Of a DNA stretch of 36,921 bases, positions 18,356 to 27,275 are shown one piece after another. Source of the DNA: Acidobacteriota bacterium (lineage in GTDB: Bacteria > Acidobacteriota > Blastocatellia > Pyrinomonadales > Pyrinomonadaceae). Where the stretch lies: the NCBI GenBank assembly GCA_013698055.1, contig JACCVS010000755.1, forward strand, positions 1 through 36,921. The letters run 5' to 3'. The number at the start of each line of letters is the position of its first letter. The stretch's first letter is position 1. Both the position numbers and the translations under genes were made by a program. The notes below the pieces were generated by a model. The model saw nothing but the letters and a program-made list of their open reading frames with translations. It had not been told where the DNA came from and ran no database searches.

Positions 18356-19321
18356 ATGCGAATATTGATTACAGGGGGGGCGGGCTTTATCGGATCGCAT
18401 CTCTCAGACTCGTACATTGATCGCGGCGACGAAGTTTTTGTGATAGATGACCTCTCGACCGGAAGTTTTAGGAACATCGCCCATCTGAAGGAACACCCTC
18501 GTTTTCACTACACCATTGATTCCGTTAACAACCAGCCGGTACTGGCCGAACTCGTTGATCAGTGCGACGTGATCTTTCATCTAGCGGCGGCTGTCGGCGT
18601 CAAGCTTATCGTCGAAAGCCCGGTCAGGACAATCGAGACCAATGTGCACGGCACGGAAGTGGTTCTCTCCCTGGCGAGTAAGAAGAAAAAGAAAGTCCTG
18701 GTCGCTTCGACTTCGGAAGTTTACGGCTTGAGCGCCGAAGTGCCTTTCCGCGAGGACGGCAATCTCGTGATGGGCGCGACGACCAAGGGGCGTTGGAGCT
18801 ACGCCTGCTCGAAAGCTATTGACGAGTTTCTCGCTTTAGCCTACTGGAGAGAGAAGAAATTGCCGACGGTCGTCGTCCGGCTCTTCAACACAGTGGGGCC
18901 GCGGCAGACAGGGCAGTATGGGATGGTCATCCCGACTTTCGTTAAGCAGGCTCTGTCGGGGCAACAGATAACCGTTTACGGTGACGGTAAGCAGTCGCGC
19001 TGTTTTGGATATGTCGGCGATGTGGTCGGCGCGCTTGTCGAACTGATGGATCACGAGGCAGCGGTCGGCCAGGTCTATAATATCGGCTCGAACGAAGAGG
19101 TGACGATTCTTGAGCTTGCAAAGCGCGTCAAGGAGCTGACGAAATCGGATTCGGAGATTACGTTTGTGCCGTATGACGAGGCATACGAAGAAGGTTTCGA
19201 GGATATGCCGCGACGTGTCCCGGATATCTCAAAGATAAATTCACTTGTCGGATTTAGCCCCAGCATGTCGCTTGATGGTATTCTAGGGAGCGTCATCAGT
19301 TTTCATGCCGAGTTGCCATGA
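18356..19321 (+). CDS. SDR-family NAD-dependent sugar epimerase/dehydratase (UXS / ArnA-decarboxylase-like)
   Basis: Has ITGGAGFIGSHL (GxxGxxG), STSEVYG, YACSK (YxxxK) and RLFNTVGPRQ. Confidence 0.9.
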   Translation: MRILITGGAGFIGSHLSDSYIDRGDEVFVIDDLSTGSFRNIAHLKEHPRFHYTIDSVNNQPVLAELVDQCDVIFHLAAAVGVKLIVESPVRTIETNVHGTEVVLSLASKKKKKVLVASTSEVYGLSAEVPFREDGNLVMGATTKGRWSYACSKAIDEFLALAYWREKKLPTVVVRLFNTVGPRQTGQYGMVIPTFVKQALSGQQITVYGDGKQSRCFGYVGDVVGALVELMDHEAAVGQVYNIGSNEEVTILELAKRVKELTKSDSEITFVPYDEAYEEGFEDMPRRVPDISKINSLVGFSPSMSLDGILGSVISFHAELP

Positions 19322-19353
19322 TATGCTCAGCTAGCAGCTAGTGAGATGAATAG

Positions 19354-19743
19354 GTGAAAAGCGAAAGCATGGATGTGATGCACCGCTGGGTTAAAGAGGT
19401 CTGGAACAAGAAGCGAAAGGAGACGATTGACGAGATATTCGCCGACGCAGGCGTCGCGCGCAGCTTCGTAGGCGAGAGCGGTCAGGAGTTACGCGATCAC
19501 GCAGGTTCCAAGCCCTTCTTCCGAAGATTCCGCAATGCTTCCCCTGATCTTCAGGTCGCTATCGAAGATTGCTTCACCGAAGGCGAGAGGGCCGTAGCCC
19601 GCTGCACGGTCAATGCGAAGCAGACCGGCAACCCCGTCGAGTTCACCGGAATAAGCATCATCCGCGCCGGGAACGGGAAGATTGTCGAGGCGTGGAACAA
19701 CTTCGACTTCATGAGCCTGAACCAACAAGTAGCAGTGATCTAA
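19354..19743 (+). CDS. SnoaL/NTF2-like small protein (predicted ester cyclase family)
   Basis: Has HRWVKEVWNKKRKETIDEIFA and GKIVEAWNNFD, typical of SnoaL-like proteins, and is about 125 aa long. The start is ambiguous (GTG 19354, ATG 19369 or ATG 19378). Confidence 0.6.
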   Translation: MKSESMDVMHRWVKEVWNKKRKETIDEIFADAGVARSFVGESGQELRDHAGSKPFFRRFRNASPDLQVAIEDCFTEGERAVARCTVNAKQTGNPVEFTGISIIRAGNGKIVEAWNNFDFMSLNQQVAVI

Positions 19744-19890
19744 TAACTGACTATAAGACGTTTCCCCCAAAACGCATCTCGTTGAAATGAGGATGTGTTT
19801 CACACTTGCTCGGGCGCTTGATTTGTCGCCTTCAATCGAATAGGGTTTCAAGTTCTCAACGAGAAGACCGCCCCACAACTGTGACGAGTA

Positions 19891-21726
19891 ATGCCTTTTG
19901 AGCTGACACAACTTATTCCGGTAGCATCTTCGCTGGCGCTGGCGCTTATTCTGACGCCAATTATACGAAGACTGGCACGCTGGCGGGGCATTATCGCTCG
20001 TCCGAACACTGATCGTTGGCACAAGAAGCCGACCGCGATGCTCGGCGGTATCGCAATTTTTTTATCGGTCACTTCCGTCATTCTCATCTATCTGCTCTTA
20101 ATACCGCCCGGGGCGGACGAAATTCAGCATCATAGTCGCCCTTATCTCTGGGTAGTGCTGGGAGCCAGCTCCTTCCTTTTCGCGGTTGGTTTGGCTGATG
20201 ATCTGTTTCAAGCCAAGCCCTATCAGAAATTGATCGGGCAGGTGATGGGGGCGGCGTTCGTTATCTACTATGGCTTGACTCTGCCGTGGACAGGGTCTGC
20301 GACAATTAACATGGTGATTACGATTTTCTGGTTAATCGGCATCACCAACGCCGTCAACCTGCTCGACAACATGGACGGGTTGGCCGCGGGGATTGCGGCG
20401 ATCTCGTCCATCTTTTTGGCGGTCAATTTCCTGATCGGTTCCCAGCCGACGGAAGCCTTAGTGCTAGCCGTCTTCGCCGCCGCTCTGATCGGTTTTCTCG
20501 TTTACAACTCGAACCCGGCCTCAATTTTCATGGGCGACTGCGGTTCAATGTTCATCGGGTTCTTCCTGGCGAGTGCGTCGTTGGTGAGCATGGCCGGGGG
20601 GCGCTCGCGCAGCTTTCTGCCCGTCCTCGCCGTGCCGATTATGGTTCTCCTCATTCCGATCTTCGACACGACGTTCGTCACGATTCTGAGAAAGCTTTCG
20701 GGCCGGGCCGCATCGCAAGGCGGGCGTGATCACACGTCGCACAGGCTGGTGGCGCTCGGCATGTCCGAGCGTCGAGCCGTCTGGATGCTCTACGCGTTTG
20801 CGGCGCTTTCGGGTCTGCTGGCAATGCTGGTGCGCGAGATGAATCTCGACGTCAGTCTCGCCGTCATCATCGGGTTCACGATACTGCTCACGCTGCTGGG
20901 GGTTTACCTGGCGGGCGTTAAGGTTTACGACGAAGAAGAAGTCAAGGCTGCGCGTGACAAGCCCTTGTTCGCTTTCCTGATTGACCTCTCTTACAAGCGC
21001 CGCGTCTTCGAGGTCTTGCTAGACCTCGTCCTGATCGTTCTCGCCTATTACGGAGCTTATCTCCTCCGTTTCGGCTCGATAGAAGAGAGCAGGACATGGT
21101 CAATATTCCTGCGCACGCTGCCCGTGCTGCTGTTTGTCAAGATGGGGGCGTTCCTCGTGATGGGCGTCTACCGTGGCATCTGGCGCTACACGAGCATTGA
21201 TGATCTGGTGGTCTTTGCCAAGGCCGTAGTCGTCGGGTCAATCGCGAGCGTGATGGCGATTCTCTTTGCCTTCCGCTTTGAAGGCGTCTCGCGCACGGTC
21301 TTCTTTCTCGACGCGATGATAATGTTGATGCTGCTAGCCGGAAGCCGGATGGCCTTTCGCCTGTTCCGGCAGATTCTCCCGGCGCAGATGCAGCGCAAGG
21401 GTTGCCGCGTGTTGATTTACGGCGCGGGTGACGCGGGCGAGCTGTTATTGCGTGAGCTACTTAACAACCGTGAGCTACGATATGCGCCCATCGGTTTTGT
21501 GGACGACGACCCGAACAAGAAGGGCAAAGTCATTCACGGCCTGCGTGTCTTTGGCGGCAACGGTATGCTCCGCAGCGTGTGCCGGGAGCACCGCGTTGAG
21601 GAAGTGCTCATCTCCAGCTCACGCTTCTCTGATGAGCACATAGCACAGATTATGAGCGATTGCGAGGCCGAGCAGATTTCTCTCAAGCAGATGCGTATCA
21701 GAATCGAGAATATCAGTGGCCTCTGA
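19891..21726 (+). CDS. Polyprenyl-phosphate N-acetylhexosamine-1-phosphate transferase (WecA/MraY family) fused to a CapD/WbaP-type 4-TM plus Rossmann-like (CoA_binding_3-like) module
   Basis: N-terminal half: LADDL (aa 101-105), NAVNLLDNMDGLAAG (aa 153-167, nt 20347-20391), SIFMGDCGS, IFDTTFVTILR and GGRDHTSHRL. C-terminal half (about aa 362-611): LLRFG, GVYRGIWRYTSIDDL, then RVLIYGAGDAGELLLREL ... IGFVDDDPNKKGKVIHGLRVFG (nt 21406 onward). Confidence 0.85.
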   Translation: MPFELTQLIPVASSLALALILTPIIRRLARWRGIIARPNTDRWHKKPTAMLGGIAIFLSVTSVILIYLLLIPPGADEIQHHSRPYLWVVLGASSFLFAVGLADDLFQAKPYQKLIGQVMGAAFVIYYGLTLPWTGSATINMVITIFWLIGITNAVNLLDNMDGLAAGIAAISSIFLAVNFLIGSQPTEALVLAVFAAALIGFLVYNSNPASIFMGDCGSMFIGFFLASASLVSMAGGRSRSFLPVLAVPIMVLLIPIFDTTFVTILRKLSGRAASQGGRDHTSHRLVALGMSERRAVWMLYAFAALSGLLAMLVREMNLDVSLAVIIGFTILLTLLGVYLAGVKVYDEEEVKAARDKPLFAFLIDLSYKRRVFEVLLDLVLIVLAYYGAYLLRFGSIEESRTWSIFLRTLPVLLFVKMGAFLVMGVYRGIWRYTSIDDLVVFAKAVVVGSIASVMAILFAFRFEGVSRTVFFLDAMIMLMLLAGSRMAFRLFRQILPAQMQRKGCRVLIYGAGDAGELLLRELLNNRELRYAPIGFVDDDPNKKGKVIHGLRVFGGNGMLRSVCREHRVEEVLISSSRFSDEHIAQIMSDCEAEQISLKQMRIRIENISGL

Positions 21727-21729
21727 TAA

Positions 21730-23148
21730 GTGACGAGCAAAGACGTTTTTAACTTGTCACTCGTCATCTGTCACAGTCTTAAAGTGTCTCAATCAACATC
21801 CGATCAACTGAAGCTGATAGATGTGCGCAAGCCGCTCTTGCGCGCGTTGCTCGTCGTGCCGGTCTTGCTGGCGCTGCTCTTTTCCTGGTACGCGACCCGC
21901 TGGTACATGGGCAACTTCGTGGCGGAGTTTGCGCCGAGGATGCAGGAGGGGCAGCTCGATGCCGCACTGGCTGCGATGCGTCTTGCGCCCGACGACCCCT
22001 GGACACATGGGGCTGTGGCAAGCCTGAAGAAGGGGAGCCTGTTGCCGGAGGAACTGGCCGACGCCGTGCATCACTATGAAGAGGCCGTCAGACTCTCGCC
22101 CAACGACTATCGTTTCTGGCTGGAATTAGGTCGGGCGCGAGAACAGTCGGGTGACTCGGCAGGCGGTGAGAAGGCCTTGCGGCGTGCCGTCGAACTTGCC
22201 CCGTCTTATGCTTACCCTCGCTGGCATCTGGGGAATCTGCTGCTCCGCGCGGGGCGCGGCGAAGAGGCCTTCGCAGAGTTGCGGCGCGCCTCTGATGCGG
22301 CCTCGACGCTGCGACCACAGATGTTCAACGTCGCATGGTCGCTGTACGGCCAGAATATTGATGAGATAAAAAGGGCGGTCGGCGATTCCGCCGCGACGCG
22401 CGCCGAGTTTGCGATTTATCTGGTGGGGCGGGCGCGCCCGGACGATGCTCTGGCTCTCTGGTCTAGCTTACAGCCTGCCGAGAAGAGGGCGCAGCGCGAG
22501 GCAGGCGAAGCCATTATGAAGAGCCTGCTAGCGCAGAAGCGTTATCGCGCAGCCGTCAGCATTCTAAGCGACCTTAGTACTGAAGGGGCTTCGCCCAAAG
22601 CCGCGCAATTCATCAACGGCGGTTTTGAAGAAGACATTAACACCTCCGGCACTAACGTTTTTAGCTGGCAGATCAAGTCTGATCCGCAGGCGCAGATAGT
22701 CATTGACGGGAGTACCAGGCACAGCGGCGCGCGCAGTCTGCGGATTCTTTTCAAGGTCTCCTCTTCGCTTTCTTTCAACAACATTGCACAGCTTGTTTCG
22801 GTCGAGCCTTCCGCCCAGTACCGTTTTGAATGCTACGTTCGGGCGGAAGATTTGAAGAGCGCGGGAACGCCCGCGATAGAGATCGTAGACGCCACGGATG
22901 GCACGACGGTACTGGCCGTCCTGCCGCCAATTCCCGTCGGCACGTATGACTGGCAGCCGGTCGCAATAAATTTCAAGACGCCGCCGCAAACGGAGGCGGT
23001 CACGGTGCGTATCGTCCGCTCGACGTGCAGCGCGGACGCTGTCTGCCCAATTTTTGGCATGGTCTGGTATGACGACTTCAATCTCCAACATGTCGGCGGG
23101 GCAGCCAGCCCACGGGACAGTCGCGGCGCAACCAAAGCCCGCACCTGA
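21730..23148 (+). CDS. Membrane-anchored TPR-repeat protein with C-terminal carbohydrate-binding-module-like (CBM4_9/jelly-roll) domain
   Basis: Has one N-terminal hydrophobic helix (LLRALLVVPVLLALLF), TPR-like repeats (YEEAVRLSPNDYRFWLELGRA ... ALRRAVELAPSYAYPRWHLGNLL), then FINGGFEE ... W ... HSGARSLRI ... YRFECYVRAEDL. The start is uncertain (GTG 21730 or GTG 21823). Confidence 0.65.
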   Translation: MTSKDVFNLSLVICHSLKVSQSTSDQLKLIDVRKPLLRALLVVPVLLALLFSWYATRWYMGNFVAEFAPRMQEGQLDAALAAMRLAPDDPWTHGAVASLKKGSLLPEELADAVHHYEEAVRLSPNDYRFWLELGRAREQSGDSAGGEKALRRAVELAPSYAYPRWHLGNLLLRAGRGEEAFAELRRASDAASTLRPQMFNVAWSLYGQNIDEIKRAVGDSAATRAEFAIYLVGRARPDDALALWSSLQPAEKRAQREAGEAIMKSLLAQKRYRAAVSILSDLSTEGASPKAAQFINGGFEEDINTSGTNVFSWQIKSDPQAQIVIDGSTRHSGARSLRILFKVSSSLSFNNIAQLVSVEPSAQYRFECYVRAEDLKSAGTPAIEIVDATDGTTVLAVLPPIPVGTYDWQPVAINFKTPPQTEAVTVRIVRSTCSADAVCPIFGMVWYDDFNLQHVGGAASPRDSRGATKART

Positions 23149-24601
23149 TCGCTCCGCGCTGGTCGAACCGGTGCGGACGCTGGCAAGCCGCTTCATCATC
23201 GTGATGCTCTGCATCGCGATAATTCTCTCTGCCCTCCTTTACGGCACGGTTCACTACTGGTCGCTAGCCGTTTTCGAGATCGGCGCGTGCGCCATCATTC
23301 TCCTGTGGGTCGTAGACGCATGGCGCAGCCGCACGCTGCGCCTCAGCCGCAGCCCTTTACAATGGCCGCTCATCGGCCTGCTCTTGATTGGCCTCGTGCA
23401 GCTTCTTCCACTGCGCAGCCCTGCGGACGCCGGCGCGCTCTCGTCCCCACCCGTCAGCAGTCTTTCGCTTGATCCGTACTCGACACGCCTCGCGCTCGTA
23501 CAAATTCTCGCGCTTCTCATCTATTTTGCCGCCGCACTGGTCTTCATTGACAGCCCGAAGCGTTTGCGCCTAATAGTGCGAATCGTCACCATCTTCGGTT
23601 TCCTGCTGGCGCTCCTCGGCCTCATTCAGTCTTTCACCAGCCCGGATAAAATCTACTGGCTGAAAGAGCTGCCGCAGAGCATTCCGTTCGGCCCCTTCTA
23701 CAACCGCCATCACTTCGCGGCCTACATGGAACTCGCCCTGGCTCTGCCGCTCGGCCTGCTCCTTTCAGGCGCAATCGAACCCGACAAACGCCCGCTCTAT
23801 ATCTTCGCGGTCGTCTTGATGGGGATCGCCCTGATCATGACAGGTTCGCGCGGCGCAATGATTAGCTTCGTGGCCGAAGCGGCCTTTCTGGTAATCTTCG
23901 CCAGCTTCGTGCCAGGAGAAGGGGCCAGGCAAAGGGGGGAGAAAAGAGGACGCATCGGCGCAACGTTCAAGCGCGTGGCGCTGGCGCTGGCGCTCGTGCT
24001 CGCGCTCTTTGGTGGGGCGGTGTTGTTCGGGGGCGGGGCGGCTTTGAGCAGGTTGGTCGGGACGGTCAATTCCGATGATCCGACGACGGGGCGCGCGCAT
24101 TTCTGGGGCGCGACGCTCGATATCATACGCGCCCACCCGCTCACGGGCAGCGGGCTTGGCTCTTACGGGCTGGCTTACACACAGTATGATTCGCGCAACG
24201 GATTACTTCGTCTCGAGCAGGCGCACAACGATTACTTGCAGTTGATGTCGGACGCCGGAATTATCGGTGTCGGGCTGGGGGTCTTCTTCATCGTCGCGCT
24301 TTTTCGGACGGGCTTCGCGCGCCGGGAGACGGAAGACCCCTTCAGGCGCGGTGTGGCCACGGGCGCACTCGCCGGGTGCTTTGCCGTACTCGTTCACAGC
24401 TTCTTTGACTTTACGCTGCACACGACGGCGAACGCACTGCTGTTTCTAATGCTGGCGACGTTTGCGACCATCAATGGGCAGGTTGAACAGACCTCCGGGT
24501 CCCGCCGTCATCATCGCCGTCGCCGCCGCAGGTCAATAAAGCAGCCCGACGTTCCTGACACTTACGAGGCCACAAGGGTCCCACAGTCACACAGCCGGTA
24601 G
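23054..24601 (+). CDS. O-antigen ligase/polymerase family (Wzy_C domain) polytopic membrane protein
   Basis: Has at least 10 hydrophobic segments and the signature LEQAHNDYLQLMSDAGIIGVGL. The C-terminal tail is polybasic (RRHHRRRRRR). The start is uncertain: ATG 23054 or 23090 overlap the upstream gene, while GTG 23171 and ATG 23204 do not. Confidence 0.8.
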   Translation: MAWSGMTTSISNMSAGQPAHGTVAAQPKPAPDRSALVEPVRTLASRFIIVMLCIAIILSALLYGTVHYWSLAVFEIGACAIILLWVVDAWRSRTLRLSRSPLQWPLIGLLLIGLVQLLPLRSPADAGALSSPPVSSLSLDPYSTRLALVQILALLIYFAAALVFIDSPKRLRLIVRIVTIFGFLLALLGLIQSFTSPDKIYWLKELPQSIPFGPFYNRHHFAAYMELALALPLGLLLSGAIEPDKRPLYIFAVVLMGIALIMTGSRGAMISFVAEAAFLVIFASFVPGEGARQRGEKRGRIGATFKRVALALALVLALFGGAVLFGGGAALSRLVGTVNSDDPTTGRAHFWGATLDIIRAHPLTGSGLGSYGLAYTQYDSRNGLLRLEQAHNDYLQLMSDAGIIGVGLGVFFIVALFRTGFARRETEDPFRRGVATGALAGCFAVLVHSFFDFTLHTTANALLFLMLATFATINGQVEQTSGSRRHHRRRRRRSIKQPDVPDTYEATRVPQSHSR

Positions 24602-24613
24602 AATTGTTCGCCA

Positions 24614-25783
24614 ATGAAGAAGAGTTTCTTACAAGTCGTGGTCTGTCCTCTGTGCCGGGGAACGCTCCGCTGCGAGAGTTTCCAGGAGACTGAGGGAGGA
24701 GAGATCGAGAGCGGTCTCATCACCTGCGGGTGCGGAGCGAGCTATCCGCTCATCGGAGGTATCCCACGCCTGCTCCCGCCCGCGCTGCAAAGTATGCTAT
24801 GGGAAATGCATCCCGAGTTTTTCCGCGCTTACGGGGCGCGACTGCCCGCAGAGTTGCTGCCGGATGAAGAGAAGCACGCCGACAAGTCGGACAGTGATGG
24901 CGCGACGAAAGCTCAGCGCGACACGGCGCGCAGCTTCGGCTATGAGTGGCAGGCATTTTCCGAGATGCTCCCCGATTACGAATCGAACTTTCGCTGGTAC
25001 TTCGAGCGCTTCGCGCCCGGCTCCTTTGCGGGCAAGCGGATTCTCGACGCCGGTTGTGGCACGGGACGCCACACCTTTCATATGGCACGCAGCGGGGCGC
25101 ACGAAGTTGTGGCGATGGATTTCAGCCAGGCCATAGAAGTCGCCGCGCGCAACAACAGCGAGAATCAGAACACGCATTTCGTCCAAGCGGACATTTATCA
25201 CCCGCCGTTTCCGCCGGACAGTTTCGATTTCGTTTACAGCCTCGGCGTGCTGCATCACTTGCCCGACCCGGAAAAGGGATTCCGCACGTTGCTGCCGCTA
25301 CTGCGCGCTGGCGGTTACATGAACATTTATCTCTACTGGAATCTGGAAAGCGAAGCGGCGTGGCGGCGCGCGGCGCTCTCGGTTATTACGCAAACGCGAC
25401 GCATCACAACGCGCCTACCCCACACCCTGCTCAAGAAGGTGTCATGGTTGATCGCCGCCGCCTTTCAAGGAGCATTCGTCCTTCCGGCACGCGCGCTCGA
25501 CAAGTTCAAGGTGACGCGCCCGCTCGCCGACCGGGTACCTCTCGGACATTATCGCAAGTATTCGTTCCGCGTGCTTTACACGGATCAGTTCGACCGCTTC
25601 TCTGCGCCGATTGAGAATCGCTATAGCCGCGCGGATGTTGCAAAGTGGTTTGAGAAGGAAGGGATTGAGGATACTGTAATTCTCGGCGGTGCCGGGTGGC
25701 GCGCATCCGGCAAGCGTGCAATCGGAATTCAAAGCGATGAAAACGCTGCCGCCGCGCCGGTAAAGGCTGCCAAACTTGATTGA
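24614..25783 (+). CDS. Trm112-like zinc-ribbon domain fused to class I SAM-dependent methyltransferase
   Basis: Has VVCPLCRGTL ... CGCGASYPLIGGIPRLLP (Trm112-type ribbon), then ILDAGCGTGRH (motif I), FDFVYSLGVLHHL and LRAGGYMNI. Confidence 0.8.
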   Translation: MKKSFLQVVVCPLCRGTLRCESFQETEGGEIESGLITCGCGASYPLIGGIPRLLPPALQSMLWEMHPEFFRAYGARLPAELLPDEEKHADKSDSDGATKAQRDTARSFGYEWQAFSEMLPDYESNFRWYFERFAPGSFAGKRILDAGCGTGRHTFHMARSGAHEVVAMDFSQAIEVAARNNSENQNTHFVQADIYHPPFPPDSFDFVYSLGVLHHLPDPEKGFRTLLPLLRAGGYMNIYLYWNLESEAAWRRAALSVITQTRRITTRLPHTLLKKVSWLIAAAFQGAFVLPARALDKFKVTRPLADRVPLGHYRKYSFRVLYTDQFDRFSAPIENRYSRADVAKWFEKEGIEDTVILGGAGWRASGKRAIGIQSDENAAAAPVKAAKLD

Positions 25784-27275
25784 AACGGAAACACCTGCCG
25801 CGCTCTCGCCAGAGGGGACAAGGCCTGTGGGTCACGAAACCGAGGCGGCCACTTCCCCGCGCCTTTCGCGCCGCCTTGCTTCGGTGGTCTGGATGACTGG
25901 CCTCGGTTCGGTGGCGACGATGGCTGTAAGCACGCTTGCTAGTGTCGCCGTCGCGCGCAACGGCGGCCCCGCTGGTTATGCCACTTTTATCACCGCTAAT
26001 ATGTTGATTTTCGTTACGGCGGTGCTGTCCTCGTGCGGTTTGCCCGTTGCCTTAGCTAAATATGTCGCCCGCGAGGAAGAAAGGGGGCATCACGAAGCGC
26101 TCAGACAATCATGCACAACAACATTCATTTTAATGCTCCTGTCCGCGCTTGTTGCTGGCGTTGTGGTGAGTCTCAATTTATCACGCCTGGAACAGTATCT
26201 TAATGTTTCAATCGGAGACGGCTTTGCTCTTGCTTTTCCGATCATCCTGCTGTGCGCGGCGACCTCTGATTGCGTTCAGGGAATTTACTCCGGCCTGCTA
26301 CGCCCGCGCTCTATGATTGCTATTACGGTGGCCGGGCCACTGGCAATGATATTTTACATATTGGTTCGCCGGGGTGGCGCGCCCTTGCCTCTGTGGGGAG
26401 CGGTGGCCGCATCTTATATCTGCTCCGGTGTGGTAGCGGGCTACAAGTCGTGGCGCGATAAACTGCTAGGCGCGCCCGCATTAATCAGCGAAATTCGACC
26501 GATCTTAAAAGATATTGCGCCGGCAGCCACCTTCACTTTCTTTACAATCTTTTCTACCTGGAGCGACCGCTGGATCGTCGGAACACAGTTGGGAGCGATT
26601 GCGATGGGATCATATACTGCTGCTGTCTTGGTGATTCAGGCAGTATTGCGTGTGCCCACTCATATCGGATACCTGCTTGTGCCCGCATCCACTAGAATGG
26701 CTTTGGGGGGAGTAGAAAGGATCAGAAAATTCAACAATATTATGATTGGCATTTTCGGTATTTTCTCAGCATTAATGATGGTCGTGATAATGCTTGCGCC
26801 AACGACCATTGTGAGATTGCTCTTTGGCCCAGGGTTTTCGTTGGCCGCGCCAACCCTGTTGATTATGGCGTTGGGTCTGATGGCCTCCGCTGTCAGTATT
26901 CCTTTCATCTCGGCGCTGACCGGGTCAACGAAAAATCGCCTGGTGATCTGGTTACTTGCACTGACGCTGCTGCCCCGCATCCTGCTCCTTCTATTTTTCA
27001 CCCGGCGCTGGAGTCTCCTGGGCACTGCTTTAGCCACGGTGTTGGCCGACTATCTGCTGGCCTTATGTTGCCTCCTTTTAGCCCACAAAATCGGTATAGG
27101 CTTCCCTCTGTTTCCTTTGTTGCGATCTTACCTGATTGGCGCGCTCATTCTCATTGCAGGCCTCGGAGCGCTATTGCTCAATGTTCCTCAATTGGTTGTG
27201 GTTGCTCTGGCTATCGCCGCTTTCACGCCAGCTTTATGGCAAGCGGCGCGATCCATATATGAGTCAAGCGATTGA
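25776..27275 (+). CDS. wzx: Wzx-like oligosaccharide flippase (MOP superfamily polysaccharide biosynthesis protein)
   Basis: Has about 12-14 hydrophobic segments over 499 aa, with size and topology typical of Wzx, and sits next to Wzy_C and glycosyltransferase genes. The TTG start at 25776 is uncertain (alternative GTG 25827). Confidence 0.65.
   Translation: MIETETPAALSPEGTRPVGHETEAATSPRLSRRLASVVWMTGLGSVATMAVSTLASVAVARNGGPAGYATFITANMLIFVTAVLSSCGLPVALAKYVAREEERGHHEALRQSCTTTFILMLLSALVAGVVVSLNLSRLEQYLNVSIGDGFALAFPIILLCAATSDCVQGIYSGLLRPRSMIAITVAGPLAMIFYILVRRGGAPLPLWGAVAASYICSGVVAGYKSWRDKLLGAPALISEIRPILKDIAPAATFTFFTIFSTWSDRWIVGTQLGAIAMGSYTAAVLVIQAVLRVPTHIGYLLVPASTRMALGGVERIRKFNNIMIGIFGIFSALMMVVIMLAPTTIVRLLFGPGFSLAAPTLLIMALGLMASAVSIPFISALTGSTKNRLVIWLLALTLLPRILLLLFFTRRWSLLGTALATVLADYLLALCCLLLAHKIGIGFPLFPLLRSYLIGALILIAGLGALLLNVPQLVVVALAIAAFTPALWQAARSIYESSD

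Noticed and set aside
18677-18695. A-rich tract (aagaagaaaaagaaa, encoding KKKKK) in the SDR gene as a possible slippage or phase-variation site
   Set aside because: It is not a homopolymer (G residues interrupt it every 2-5 nt), and it sits in a surface-loop position of an otherwise intact enzyme.
19489-20022. 177-aa minus-strand ORF spanning the SnoaL-like gene and the start of the PNPT gene
   Set aside because: It is antisense to two motif-supported genes and has no recognisable domain. The same reasoning applies to 13105-13608, 10457-10945, 9998-10435 and 2814-3230 on the minus strand.
22564-23214. 216-aa minus-strand ORF antisense to the TPR/CBM and Wzy_C genes
   Set aside because: It lies entirely within well-supported plus-strand coding sequence. 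The translation is Arg/Ala/Gly-rich with no motif, the typical shadow ORF of GC-rich coding DNA.
24500-24532. CGC/CGT/CAT-rich run encoding RRHHRRRRRR at the C-terminus of the Wzy_C protein, considered as a simple-sequence repeat
   Set aside because: It is a short, imperfect, in-frame run consistent with a cytoplasmic polybasic tail. There is no evidence of repeat-number instability from a single sequence.
24946-25614. 222-aa plus-strand ORF in an alternative frame inside the Trm112-methyltransferase gene
   Set aside because: The translation is Arg-rich and low complexity, with no motifs. The overlapping frame has clear methyltransferase signatures.
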